Notes: generated from the letters alone by a model not told the origin. 19,652 bases of DNA from Deinococcaceae bacterium (GCA_040256005.1 JBDZWC010000048.1:1-19652); one strand, 5' to 3'. Counted from the stretch's first letter, positions 7,643 to 16,348 are shown. Numbers and translations: made by a program.

Positions 7643-8284
7643 ATGCCCATGTCCGAACGGGCCGTCGTGTACTTCGACTACCTGTGCCCGTACTCCTGGC
7701 GCCTAGCGGAGCTCATCGCGCTCTCGGGAGCGTCGCAACACGTGGAGTGGCGCCACGTGTCGGTGTACCAGTTGGACCACGACACGAGATGGCGGCTCGA
7801 GAAGAGCGCCGAGCGGTTCCAGTGGCAGATATGGAACATCCCGCTCGACCCCCAGGACGGCAGCGGCTGCAAAGGCCTGCTGCCGTTCTTGGCTTCTGTG
7901 GCGGCCCGGTGCCAGGGCCCCTTGGCTCACGACCGTTTCAGGCTGGGGCTGCTCAGGGCTTTCCACTTCGAGGGCCGGCCCATGAACCGCGAGACCATCG
8001 GGTCGGTGGCGCGGGCGGCGGGGCTGCACGTGCCACGCTTCTGGCGCGACCTCGACAACCCGGAGAACCGCACCGCCCTCGCCCACGAGCACATGCGTGC
8101 CGTGGCCGCCGAGGTCGTCAGCACGCCCAGCGTCGTGTTCCCGGGCTCGCACGTGGCGCACCTGCGGTTCAAGCGCGTGCCGGCGACGACCGATGAGGCC
8201 CTGGGTCTGGTGGCCGCGGCGTTCGGTCTCCTCCCTGGCGCCGGCAGGGCCGTGGACTCCGTCACAGGCGTGGAACTCAACTGA
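7643..8284 (+). CDS. DsbA/FrnE-like thioredoxin-fold protein with monothiol CPYS motif
   Basis: VYFDYLCPYSW N-terminal motif, helical insertion, and VVSTPSVV at the cis-Pro loop position. Confidence 0.8.
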   Translation: MPMSERAVVYFDYLCPYSWRLAELIALSGASQHVEWRHVSVYQLDHDTRWRLEKSAERFQWQIWNIPLDPQDGSGCKGLLPFLASVAARCQGPLAHDRFRLGLLRAFHFEGRPMNRETIGSVARAAGLHVPRFWRDLDNPENRTALAHEHMRAVAAEVVSTPSVVFPGSHVAHLRFKRVPATTDEALGLVAAAFGLLPGAGRAVDSVTGVELN

Positions 8285-8305
8285 CGCCGTATGTGACCCG
8301 CGCGG

Positions 8306-8311
8306 TAGACT
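8306..8311 (+). promoter_or_regulatory. -10 element (TAGACT), leaderless promoter for the phosphatase-kinase pair
   Basis: Lies 6 nt upstream of GTG 8318. No SD. Confidence 0.65.
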
Positions 8312-8317
8312 GCCCGC

Positions 8318-9085
8318 GTGCGGCTCGGTCAGAACGTAGGCCACGGCTCGGACGTCGGTAGGGTCCGACCGTTCAACGAGGATTACCACCGGGTCTGGCA
8401 GTTCCCCATCGATGGCGGGGACATCACGCTCCTGGCCGTCGCGGACGGCATGGGCGGCGCGGCAGCGGGCGAGGTCGCCAGCAAGCTGGCGATGGAGGTC
8501 CTCGACGAGTCCTTCAGCCGGTACGTCGAGGAGATCCGCACCGGCAAGCCCGTCGTGGGCATAGACAAGCTGATCGACAAGGCCGTGAGGCTCGCGAACC
8601 GCAGGGTCTACGCGGCTTCCATCAAGCAGCAAGGGCGCCGCGGTATGGGCTCCACGCTCACGTGCGTGGCGCTCCGGCGGCGCAACGCGTACATAGGGCA
8701 CGTCGGTGACTCGCGTTGCTACCTCGTGCGCGGCAAGAAGATCTACCAACTCACCAAGGACCACTCCTGGGTGGAGGAACAGCTCGAGAAGGGCCTCATA
8801 AGCGAGGACGAGGCCAAGAGCCACGAGTGGCGTAACCTCATCACCAGGGTGCTGGGGACTCGTCCACAGGTGGCGCCTGACGTCATAGAGATCACGGTCG
8901 AGAAGGGCGACGTGTTCGTCATCTCGACCGACGGGCTGCATGGGCTCGTCTCACCGGAGGAGATCCACGCCGAGCTGCGACGGTCGAGCAACCGCCAGCT
9001 CTCTGTAGAGGCGCTCATAGCGTTGGCCAACGACCGCGGGGGGCCCGACAACATCACGCTCATCATCGCGGAGGTGGACGAATGA
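8318..9085 (+). CDS. PP2C-family Ser/Thr protein phosphatase (Stp1/PrpC type)
   Basis: GRVRPFNED, VADGMGG, HVGDSR, LTKDHS, STDGL and GGPDNIT motifs. Confidence 0.95.
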   Translation: MRLGQNVGHGSDVGRVRPFNEDYHRVWQFPIDGGDITLLAVADGMGGAAAGEVASKLAMEVLDESFSRYVEEIRTGKPVVGIDKLIDKAVRLANRRVYAASIKQQGRRGMGSTLTCVALRRRNAYIGHVGDSRCYLVRGKKIYQLTKDHSWVEEQLEKGLISEDEAKSHEWRNLITRVLGTRPQVAPDVIEITVEKGDVFVISTDGLHGLVSPEEIHAELRRSSNRQLSVEALIALANDRGGPDNITLIIAEVDE

Positions 9086-11145
9086 CGATCGTGCTGCTCG
9101 CCGTGGCGGCGGCGCTCGTGGCGGTTCTCCTCCGGGCGCCGGCGTGGTTGTCCCTGGTGCTGCTCGCCATCGCCGCCGGCCTGACCGTCGTGACGCTCGC
9201 GCTCGGCGGCATGGAGCGCGGTTTGGCGCCGCTGGTGCTCACAGCGTTGGCCCTCGGGCTCATCGTGCCCTCCGGCGTCCAGGTCGTGCGCAGCGCGCGC
9301 ATCGCGCCGCCCAAGGGCAAGCGAGCCAAGGCAGCGGCCAAGGCGAAGACTGCCGCCGCATCGAGCTTCGACACGTCTGAGATCCCCGGCTACGAGCTCC
9401 TCGAGAAGGTGGGCTCGGGCGGCATGGCCAGCGTCTACCGGGCGCGGCGCAAGACCGACGGGCAGGTCGTCGCCCTCAAGATCCCCATGGAGCAGTTCGT
9501 GGCGGACGCGAAGTTCATCAGGCGCTTCCACCGCGAGGCCGAGGTGGCCCAGCGCCTGAACCACGTGAACATCGTGCGCACCTACGAGCACGGCGCCATA
9601 GGTGCGCAGCACTACATGGTCATGGAGTACGTCGACGGTCGCAGCCTCGAGGGGTACATCGAGGCCGGCGAGCTGGACACCGAGCTGGGCATAGACATCA
9701 TGAAGCGCGTCGTACGGGCGCTTCAGCACATCCATTCGGCGGGCATCATCCACCGCGACATCAAGCCCGCCAACGTGATGATCGTGCGCGGCGGCATCAA
9801 GGAGGACCGCGAGCCCAGGCTGCAGCCCGAGGCGGTGAAGCTGATGGACTTCGGCATCGCCGGCGGCAAGGTGCTGTCGCGCCTGACGATGACCGGCGCC
9901 CGCGTTGGCACCCCCGTCTACATGTCGCCCGAGCAGGCGCGCGGCCTCAAGATCGACCACCGCAGCGACATCTACTCGCTGGGGCTGGTGTTCTACGAGG
10001 TGCTCACCGGCCAGACCGCGTTCAAGGGCGGTTACGAGGCCATCGTCCACCAGCAGATCTTCCAGACGCCACCGCCGCCGCGGCAGGTCGTGCTCACGGT
10101 GCCGAAGGCGCTGGACCAGCTGGTCATGAAGATGATCTCCAAGGACCCGGACGAGCGGCCCACGCTCGACGAGGTGCTGGACGTGCTCGACCGCATCGAG
10201 CTGGGCGCCGAAGAGGACGCCTCACTGCCCACGCGCCTGATCCTGACCGTCAGCGCCAGGCAGGGCGTGCTCAGGATCCTCGACACCGAGGGCAACCTGC
10301 ACACCTCGATCGGCGACGTGGGCACGGGCGAGCGCGACTTCTCAGCCGCCCCCTTGTCCGTGGCCGTGGACTCCAGCGGTGACTTCTTCGCATCGATCTT
10401 CGAGTACCGGGTGGGGCAGGAGAACCACCGCATGATCCACAAGCTCTCCGGCGACGGTAGCCCCGTGCTGTCGTTCGGGACCTACGGCATGCAGCCGGGC
10501 GAGTTCCTGTATCCGGCCTCGGTCGCCGTGGCGCCGGACGACACCGTGTACGTGCTGGACAGCGAGACGCACCTCGTGCAGCGTTTCACCAACGACGGGC
10601 GCTTCCTGGCTTCGTTCGGTGGGCGCGGCAAAGGCCATGGCACCTTCAACGACCCGCGGGTGGTCACCGTCGACGACGCCGGCAACGTCTACGTGCTGGA
10701 CTACGGCAACCGTCAGGTCCAGCGCCTCAGCGCAGATGGCACGTACCAGACCCGCTGGGCGTTCAAGATCGCGGCCGATCAACCGGGCATGCGACTGCTG
10801 GACGGGGTCACGTTGGACGGCGAAGGCAACGTCTACATCTCCGACGCCAACTCGTCTAAGATCCGCAAGATCACGCCGGAGGGCAAGGTCGGGGTGTCGT
10901 TCGCCCTCGACGCCAAGCAGGGCGAGGTGACAGACACCATCGTGGACCTAGGGGTGGACGACGATGGCTGCCTGTACGCGGCGCGGCGCGGCGGCCACCT
11001 GATCCGCAAGTTCGACCCGTCGGGCAAGCTCATCAACACGTTCGAGACGTACGCGCCCGTCGTTCAGATGATCATCGACCAGCGCGAGCGGCGGGAGTCC
11101 AGCCGGCTCGGGCCCGGTATGGCGCCGCAACGCACGCAGGCTTAG
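9082..11145 (+). CDS. Hanks-type Ser/Thr kinase with N-terminal TM helices and C-terminal NHL-repeat beta-propeller
   Basis: GSGGMASVY, VALK, HRDIKPAN, DFG, GTPVYMSPEQ and DIYSLG motifs. NHL repeats (FLYPASVAVAPDDTVYVLD, FNDPRVVTVDDAGNVYVLD, GVTLDGEGNVYISD). ATGA overlap with the PP2C gene. Confidence 0.95.
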   Translation: MTIVLLAVAAALVAVLLRAPAWLSLVLLAIAAGLTVVTLALGGMERGLAPLVLTALALGLIVPSGVQVVRSARIAPPKGKRAKAAAKAKTAAASSFDTSEIPGYELLEKVGSGGMASVYRARRKTDGQVVALKIPMEQFVADAKFIRRFHREAEVAQRLNHVNIVRTYEHGAIGAQHYMVMEYVDGRSLEGYIEAGELDTELGIDIMKRVVRALQHIHSAGIIHRDIKPANVMIVRGGIKEDREPRLQPEAVKLMDFGIAGGKVLSRLTMTGARVGTPVYMSPEQARGLKIDHRSDIYSLGLVFYEVLTGQTAFKGGYEAIVHQQIFQTPPPPRQVVLTVPKALDQLVMKMISKDPDERPTLDEVLDVLDRIELGAEEDASLPTRLILTVSARQGVLRILDTEGNLHTSIGDVGTGERDFSAAPLSVAVDSSGDFFASIFEYRVGQENHRMIHKLSGDGSPVLSFGTYGMQPGEFLYPASVAVAPDDTVYVLDSETHLVQRFTNDGRFLASFGGRGKGHGTFNDPRVVTVDDAGNVYVLDYGNRQVQRLSADGTYQTRWAFKIAADQPGMRLLDGVTLDGEGNVYISDANSSKIRKITPEGKVGVSFALDAKQGEVTDTIVDLGVDDDGCLYAARRGGHLIRKFDPSGKLINTFETYAPVVQMIIDQRERRESSRLGPGMAPQRTQA

Positions 11146-11160
11146 CGCGGATCCGCTGGC

Positions 11161-11790
11161 CTAGAGCCCCGGTATCAGGCCGACGACGCGGTCGAAGAAC
11201 GTTATGAACGCCTGCATGAGGCGCCCGGTGATCCCGGTCATGGAGAGCACCAGGAAGAACACCATGAAACCGAGGATCCCGAACTGGGCGATCTGCATGA
11301 CGAACCGGCGGACGTCCGGGTTGCCCCACGCCAGCGCGGCCCGGCCACCGTCGAGCGGGAGCAGCGGGAACACGTTGATGACCGCGTGCAGCACCGCGAA
11401 GGAGGCCGCGGCCCTGAAAGCCACGAACAGCTCGATGCTCTGCATGGAGCGGAACACGGCGGCGATGAGCGTGCACAGGAACGCGACGATCAGGTAGGCG
11501 CCGATCCCTGAGACCCACACCCACGCCTCGGAGCGGCCCCGCCGCGGGTAGTTGCGCGAGTTGACGGGCACGGTCCGCGGCCACCCGAAGCCCAGGAGCA
11601 GCAGGAAGACCACGCCGATGGGATCGAGCTGGCGCGTGGGATCGAACGCCATGAAGCCGGCCAGCCGCGGCGACGGGTCGCCCAGCCGGTTCGCCACGAA
11701 CGCCTGCACCATGTTGTGGAAGATGAGGGCCATCACCATCACGATGCCGGCGATCACGATGGTGGTGAAGGGAAGGTTGTTGAGGATCAC
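11161..11790 (-). CDS. Site-2 protease (M50, YwhC-like) homolog lacking HExxH, probably inactive
   Basis: A..LGDPSPR, LDPIG, FGWPRTVPVN and NVFPLLPLDGG are family hallmarks. HNMVQ occupies the HExxH position. GTGA overlap with the upstream gene. Confidence 0.85.
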   Translation of the reverse strand: MILNNLPFTTIVIAGIVMVMALIFHNMVQAFVANRLGDPSPRLAGFMAFDPTRQLDPIGVVFLLLLGFGWPRTVPVNSRNYPRRGRSEAWVWVSGIGAYLIVAFLCTLIAAVFRSMQSIELFVAFRAAASFAVLHAVINVFPLLPLDGGRAALAWGNPDVRRFVMQIAQFGILGFMVFFLVLSMTGITGRLMQAFITFFDRVVGLIPGL

Positions 11791-14300
11791 TCTGGGGCTC
11801 CGTGTCGGTCTGCGCGTCGCATCCGGCCCACGAGGTCCCGAGCAAGTTCCAGCTCTTCTTCGAAGGTGCTGGTCTGGTGTGTGGCTCGGGCCCGCTCGAC
11901 CTCGGCCAGGACGCGACCGACGGCTGGGCCTTCAGGCAGGCCCAAAGCTACCACATCCCTCCCGCGCAGCCTTCTGCGGGGCGGTTCCTCGGCCAGACGC
12001 ACGATCCGCTCGCGCAGCGGGGAGCTGAGGGCGCTCAGCACCGAACCCTCGGCGGGGGTCAGCTGCTCGAGCTCCGCGTCGGTCGCGGTGTCGGATTGGC
12101 CCAGCAGCCGCCGGACGCGCTCCCGGCTCACCAGCAGCCTGCGCGGCCAGTTGAAGACCTCTACGTGCTGCGCGGCCGCGTCCTCCGTCTCGCCAGCGAG
12201 CAGCACCAGCAGGTACGACTCGTCCGGCACGGCGTTGCCGGCGGCGCGCTCGGCGTCCAGGGCGCTCACGTCGTCGGGCTGGTTGCGCAGGCCGAAGAGC
12301 GGCTGGAGCACACCCAGGTCCTCCATCACCGCCAGAGCGGGACCCACACGCTGCTCGGCGAACGTGAGCTCGAGCTCGGCGCGCAGGCGGGAGCGACTCA
12401 CCCCCTCGCTCAGGCCCTCGGCGACGACGGCTGCCGCCTTGGCGGCCGTGTCGGCCGCGAAGCCGAACGCCAGCCGACCCGCCAGCCTGGCCCCCCGCAG
12501 GATGCGGGTGGGGTCCTCGACGAACGACAGCGGATGGAGTACGCGGAGCTGCCGCCTCTCCAGGTCCGCCCGCCCGCCGAAGGGGTCGAGGAACACGTGG
12601 GGCCGCGGCTGCACCCGCACCGCCATGGCGTTGATCGTGAAGTCGCGGCGGGTCAGGTCCTGCTTCACGCTGCTGGGGCTCACGTCTGGCAGCGCACCCG
12701 GCCGCGCGTACGTCTCCTCGCGTGCCGTGGCGATGTCGACCACCAGGCCGTCCTCGAGTCGCAACGTGCACGTCGCGAAGTCGGCGTGACACGACAGCTC
12801 GCCGCCTAGTCTCCGCTGCACCCGGGAGGCGAAACGCTGGACTTCGCCGCCCTCGACGACGAGGTCCACGTCCTTGCTCCCGGCGCCCAGCATCAGGTCG
12901 CGGACGGTGCCACCGACCAGGTAGATGGGATGGTCGCCGGCGAGTTCCGTGGCCGTGTTCAGCACCTCCTGGGCACGCGGTGGCAGGCGTCCCAGGAGCG
13001 CAGTCGCCTCGTCGGCGTCGTCGCGGCGGTGACGCGCCTGTATCAGGTCGGCCCGCGTGACGATGCCGACCAACCGGTCGTTCGCGACGATGGGGATGCG
13101 GCCCACGCCGTGGCTGAGGATCAGCTCCTCCAGCTCCGGGATCGTGGCGGTGGGGGCCGCGGCCACGACCGACCGGCTCATGAACCCGCTCACGCGGCTG
13201 GCCCCCAGTCCGTGGCGCAAAGCCCTGTCGATGTCGCGCCGCGAGATGACGCCAACCACCCGGCCGGCCGCGTCGATGACCGGCATGCCGTTGTGCCCGT
13301 GCACGAGCAGGTCGGCCTGTGCTTCGGCCACGGTGGCGTGGTCGGGCACGGTCCTCACCGGCGTGGTCATCACGTCGGCGGCCGTCAGCAGGGGAGAGGC
13401 GTGGCGGGCCAAGGCCGCCAGCGCCCTCTCCACGGCCTGCGCGGGCGAGAGGTCGGTCTTGCCGTACGCGGCTCCCGGGTGGCCGGAGCCGCCCACGGCC
13501 TCGGCGAGGGCGGCCGCGCTATCGAAGCGCTCGTTGCTGCGCGCGAATACCAGCGTGCGGCCGTCCATGCCTGCCGCCACGAGCGCCGCGTCGGTGCCGT
13601 GCATGTCTAGCAGCTCGCTCACCAGGCCGCTGACACCGGGCACGTAGGTGGGGTGGTCGAAGGCGGCCACCAGCACGCTGCGGCCGGCGACCTCACGCAC
13701 CTCGGCGAGGCGGTGGAGATGCGTGCGGAACTCCAACTGGTCGGGGGTGAGCACGTCCCTGGCGAAACGTCGCACCAGCTGCAGACTCCCGCCTTGCCCG
13801 AGCAGGTAGGCGGCTGCCCGGTAGTCGTCTGGCGTGGTGCCGTCGTAGCTGAGGTTCCCCGTGTCCTCGTGGATACCGAGGAGGCCCAGGCTGGCGACCT
13901 CGGCCGGGATGGCTGTCTTAACCGCCGCCAGCTCCCTGGTCAGCAGCGTGGCCGTGGCGCCCACCCGCTCCACGATCCCCCGCCCGGCTGGTATGGGTTC
14001 CTTGGGCAACGGGTGGTGGTCGTAGAGGGTGACTGGCACGCGACCCATGACCTTGTCGAAGGGTCGGATCCGGCTCGGGTCCGCTGTGTCCACGACCACC
14101 AGCTCCGTGATGGCGCCCAGTTCGACCTCGTCCTCGGCCAGGAGGTCGAGGACGTCGCGGTAGAGGGTGAGGAACGCCTGGATACCGCGCGACGTGGCGC
14201 CCTGAACGGTTGCCCTGCTGCCTGGGAACAGCACCTGAGCCAGAGCCAGCGACGCGATGGCATCGAAGTCCGGCTGCTCGTGCGTGACGATCAGGCGCAT
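11787..14300 (-). CDS. Class II tRNA nucleotidyltransferase (CCA- or A-adding) with DHH/DHHA1 and tandem CBS domains
   Basis: THEQPDFDA, VVDT, DHH, EDTG and GGSGHPGAA (DHH/DHHA1). Two CBS repeats. GGTVRD..DVD, RRDFTINAM and EDPTRILR nucleotidyltransferase motifs. Confidence 0.92.
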   Translation of the reverse strand: MRLIVTHEQPDFDAIASLALAQVLFPGSRATVQGATSRGIQAFLTLYRDVLDLLAEDEVELGAITELVVVDTADPSRIRPFDKVMGRVPVTLYDHHPLPKEPIPAGRGIVERVGATATLLTRELAAVKTAIPAEVASLGLLGIHEDTGNLSYDGTTPDDYRAAAYLLGQGGSLQLVRRFARDVLTPDQLEFRTHLHRLAEVREVAGRSVLVAAFDHPTYVPGVSGLVSELLDMHGTDAALVAAGMDGRTLVFARSNERFDSAAALAEAVGGSGHPGAAYGKTDLSPAQAVERALAALARHASPLLTAADVMTTPVRTVPDHATVAEAQADLLVHGHNGMPVIDAAGRVVGVISRRDIDRALRHGLGASRVSGFMSRSVVAAAPTATIPELEELILSHGVGRIPIVANDRLVGIVTRADLIQARHRRDDADEATALLGRLPPRAQEVLNTATELAGDHPIYLVGGTVRDLMLGAGSKDVDLVVEGGEVQRFASRVQRRLGGELSCHADFATCTLRLEDGLVVDIATAREETYARPGALPDVSPSSVKQDLTRRDFTINAMAVRVQPRPHVFLDPFGGRADLERRQLRVLHPLSFVEDPTRILRGARLAGRLAFGFAADTAAKAAAVVAEGLSEGVSRSRLRAELELTFAEQRVGPALAVMEDLGVLQPLFGLRNQPDDVSALDAERAAGNAVPDESYLLVLLAGETEDAAAQHVEVFNWPRRLLVSRERVRRLLGQSDTATDAELEQLTPAEGSVLSALSSPLRERIVRLAEEPPRRRLRGRDVVALGLPEGPAVGRVLAEVERARATHQTSTFEEELELARDLVGRMRRADRHGAPE

Positions 14301-14310
14301 GGGCCCGCGC

Positions 14311-15312
14311 TCACCGGATGGTGACCGGACCCGACCCCACGTCCTCCAGCGTCACGTCTATGACCCTGCCGCCATCGGCGAGGTTCGAGCTCTCCCACAC
14401 GCCCGTGTCGCCCCTGCCGCTGCGGCGCTCGAGGAAGCGGGGGAGGCTCAGCGGCCCGGACCCGTCGTCGGCGATCGTCAGTCGGATGGGGGCGCTGTCC
14501 GGCAGGTCCAGTTCCAGGGGTCCACTGCCCGTGTCGATGGTGAGGCGCATGTCAGTACCCTCACCAACGCGGATGACGGTCGGGCCCGAGCCGAGGTCCG
14601 CCACCATGTCGACCGAAGCGCCGGGCGCGAACGTCACCGTGAGCGGCCCGGACCCCCCATCCACGTCGACGCTGTAGGGAGATCCACCCCCGGGAAGCGT
14701 GAGCGTGGAGGGTCCGCTGCCCACGTCTAGGCCCAGAGACTCGATCAACGTGCCCGTGAGGTCCGCTGTCAGCGGGCCGGAGCCGCCGTCGAGTCGCGCC
14801 TCGAGCGGCACCACGCCCGGCACCCCGATCTCCCAGCGCGTGCGGCCCATGAAGACGTTGAAGATGCCGTCCTCGGGCCGCACGCGCACCGTCGCGCTGC
14901 GCCCTTCACGGACGTCCACGACGCCGAGCGGTTGGCCGGCGAACCGGGCGTCTACGAGCAGGTCGTCTGGCCCTCTTCGGATGTTGGCCTCGGCGGAGCC
15001 GTTGCTGACCTCGAACGTCACGCGCTCCGTGTCAGCCTGGAGCTCCCGGCGGAACTCCCCGTCCGTCTCCAGAGCACCGCGCCCGGGCCAGAGGAGGGCG
15101 AGGAGGATGATCAGGGCTCCGGCCCAGGCCGTGAAGTACACCGCCAGAGGCCGGCTCTCGGGGATCCAGATGTCGAGGCCTACGCCTATCAGCAGGAGCG
15201 GCCAGAAGCGCGCGAGCGCCACGCCCAACGCCGGTGGCACGAACCCCGACGAGAACAGCAACCAGATGACCCCGACAGCGATGAGGGCGATGGGAAGGGC
15301 TCGTTGGTTCAT
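14311..15312 (-). CDS. Membrane protein: LiaF/DUF5668-like TM region plus DUF4097-like beta-repeat domain
   Basis: LIAVGVIWLL ... FWPLLLIGVG TM motif followed by seven DxGSGP repeats. Confidence 0.7.
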   Translation of the reverse strand: MNQRALPIALIAVGVIWLLFSSGFVPPALGVALARFWPLLLIGVGLDIWIPESRPLAVYFTAWAGALIILLALLWPGRGALETDGEFRRELQADTERVTFEVSNGSAEANIRRGPDDLLVDARFAGQPLGVVDVREGRSATVRVRPEDGIFNVFMGRTRWEIGVPGVVPLEARLDGGSGPLTADLTGTLIESLGLDVGSGPSTLTLPGGGSPYSVDVDGGSGPLTVTFAPGASVDMVADLGSGPTVIRVGEGTDMRLTIDTGSGPLELDLPDSAPIRLTIADDGSGPLSLPRFLERRSGRGDTGVWESSNLADGGRVIDVTLEDVGSGPVTIR

Positions 15313-15321
15313 GACATCGCC

Positions 15322-16188
15322 TCAGCCACGGTCTTCGTTTGGGTCAGTGTCGAGGTCTTCCGGGAGGTCCGCGTCGTGGCCAAGGTCTGCCGTGGTCCGA
15401 TCGACCGCAGCGGTCTGGTCCTCGGCGACGGTGCCCATCTCGTGGACGGGCTCCGTGCTCGCCGGGCGGTCGGGTAGCGCGGGGGTCTGTCCGGGCTCAG
15501 GCGTCGGAGCGGGTCGCGGGGTAGGCGTCGCTGGTGCGGCGGAGGCCGATGTGGCCGGTGAGGGCGAGGTCGGGGGCGTGCTGGGTGCCGGCGGCGTTGG
15601 AGCGGTCGAGCCGGCGGTTCCCGGCGCCCCGACGTAGTCCCGTGGGGTGTCCGGCGCCGAGCCTCCGGGGGTGACCCAGGGCAGCGGCGACTGTGGGTCG
15701 CGCAGGAAGAGCAGGTAAACCCCGGCACCGATCAGGACGAGCGGGACGAGCCAGCGGCCCAACCCACCGAAGCCGCCGAAGATCAGGAACTCGAAGAACA
15801 CGCCGAAAGCGGCGAAGAGGATGAGACCGACGTAGACGGTGCGTAGCCCATCGCGCTCGCGGTCGTGGTCCTTGGTCAGGGCTCCGAAGATGAAGTTGCC
15901 GGCGCCCGCCCCGGCCACGATGAGCGCCCAGCAGTAAGACCAGGCCTCCCAGCGTCCGGTGCCGTTGAGCACGAAGAGGACCAGGCCGATCGTCGTGACG
16001 ATCGCGCCAGGCACCGCCAGCCCGGCCGCGTCACGCCGGCCGATGAACGCCGAGACCAGCATGATGATGCCGGGAACGAGCACGAACAACGGCCACGCGA
16101 AGCGGCCTACGTCCATGCCCCGACCGATGAGGAACAGGGCGCCTAGGACTATCAACGCTATGCCGACTACCTTGTCTCGATCGCGCAT
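15322..16188 (-). CDS. Multi-TM LiaI/LiaF-like membrane protein with Pro/Thr/Ala-rich and acidic disordered tail
   Basis: Repeated GxxLIxxGxxFL ... WPxxxxxxG units, low-complexity C-terminus, and GGAGGA SD before the ATG. Confidence 0.75.
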   Translation of the reverse strand: MRDRDKVVGIALIVLGALFLIGRGMDVGRFAWPLFVLVPGIIMLVSAFIGRRDAAGLAVPGAIVTTIGLVLFVLNGTGRWEAWSYCWALIVAGAGAGNFIFGALTKDHDRERDGLRTVYVGLILFAAFGVFFEFLIFGGFGGLGRWLVPLVLIGAGVYLLFLRDPQSPLPWVTPGGSAPDTPRDYVGAPGTAGSTAPTPPAPSTPPTSPSPATSASAAPATPTPRPAPTPEPGQTPALPDRPASTEPVHEMGTVAEDQTAAVDRTTADLGHDADLPEDLDTDPNEDRG

Positions 16189-16246
16189 GGCTCCTCCGAT
16201 CGGGCCGCGACCCAGCGCCAGTCACAGGCCTTCCGTTCTGGCGGCG

Positions 16247-16252
16247 ATTGTA
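16247..16252 (-). promoter_or_regulatory. -10 element TACAAT for the four-gene minus-strand operon
   Basis: Near-consensus -10 about 58 nt upstream of ATG 16188. No consensus -35 is visible. Confidence 0.5.
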
Positions 16253-16264
16253 CGCGACCACACG

Positions 16265-16314
16265 ATGCGCCCAGAGGGGCGTTCGTCTGGCCCCGGCCCT
16301 GACTTTGGGCGCAT
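16265..16314. repeat. Inverted repeat downstream of ypdA (terminator-like hairpin or operator)
   Basis: ATGCGCCCA (16265-16273) pairs with TGGGCGCAT (16306-16314) and is extendable by GAG/CTT. Inner GGGGC/GCCCC. Confidence 0.55.
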
Positions 16315-16348
16315 GGCTACGTACTACTTTGGGATGACCGTCTGGGGG

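Noticed and set aside
2331..15637. Long alternative-frame or antisense ORFs (e.g. 2331..3551, 5033..6034, 7703..8941, 8743..10050, 11716..12789, 14699..15637)
   Set aside because: They lie over well-supported genes, carry no motifs, and are expected from stop-codon scarcity at high GC.
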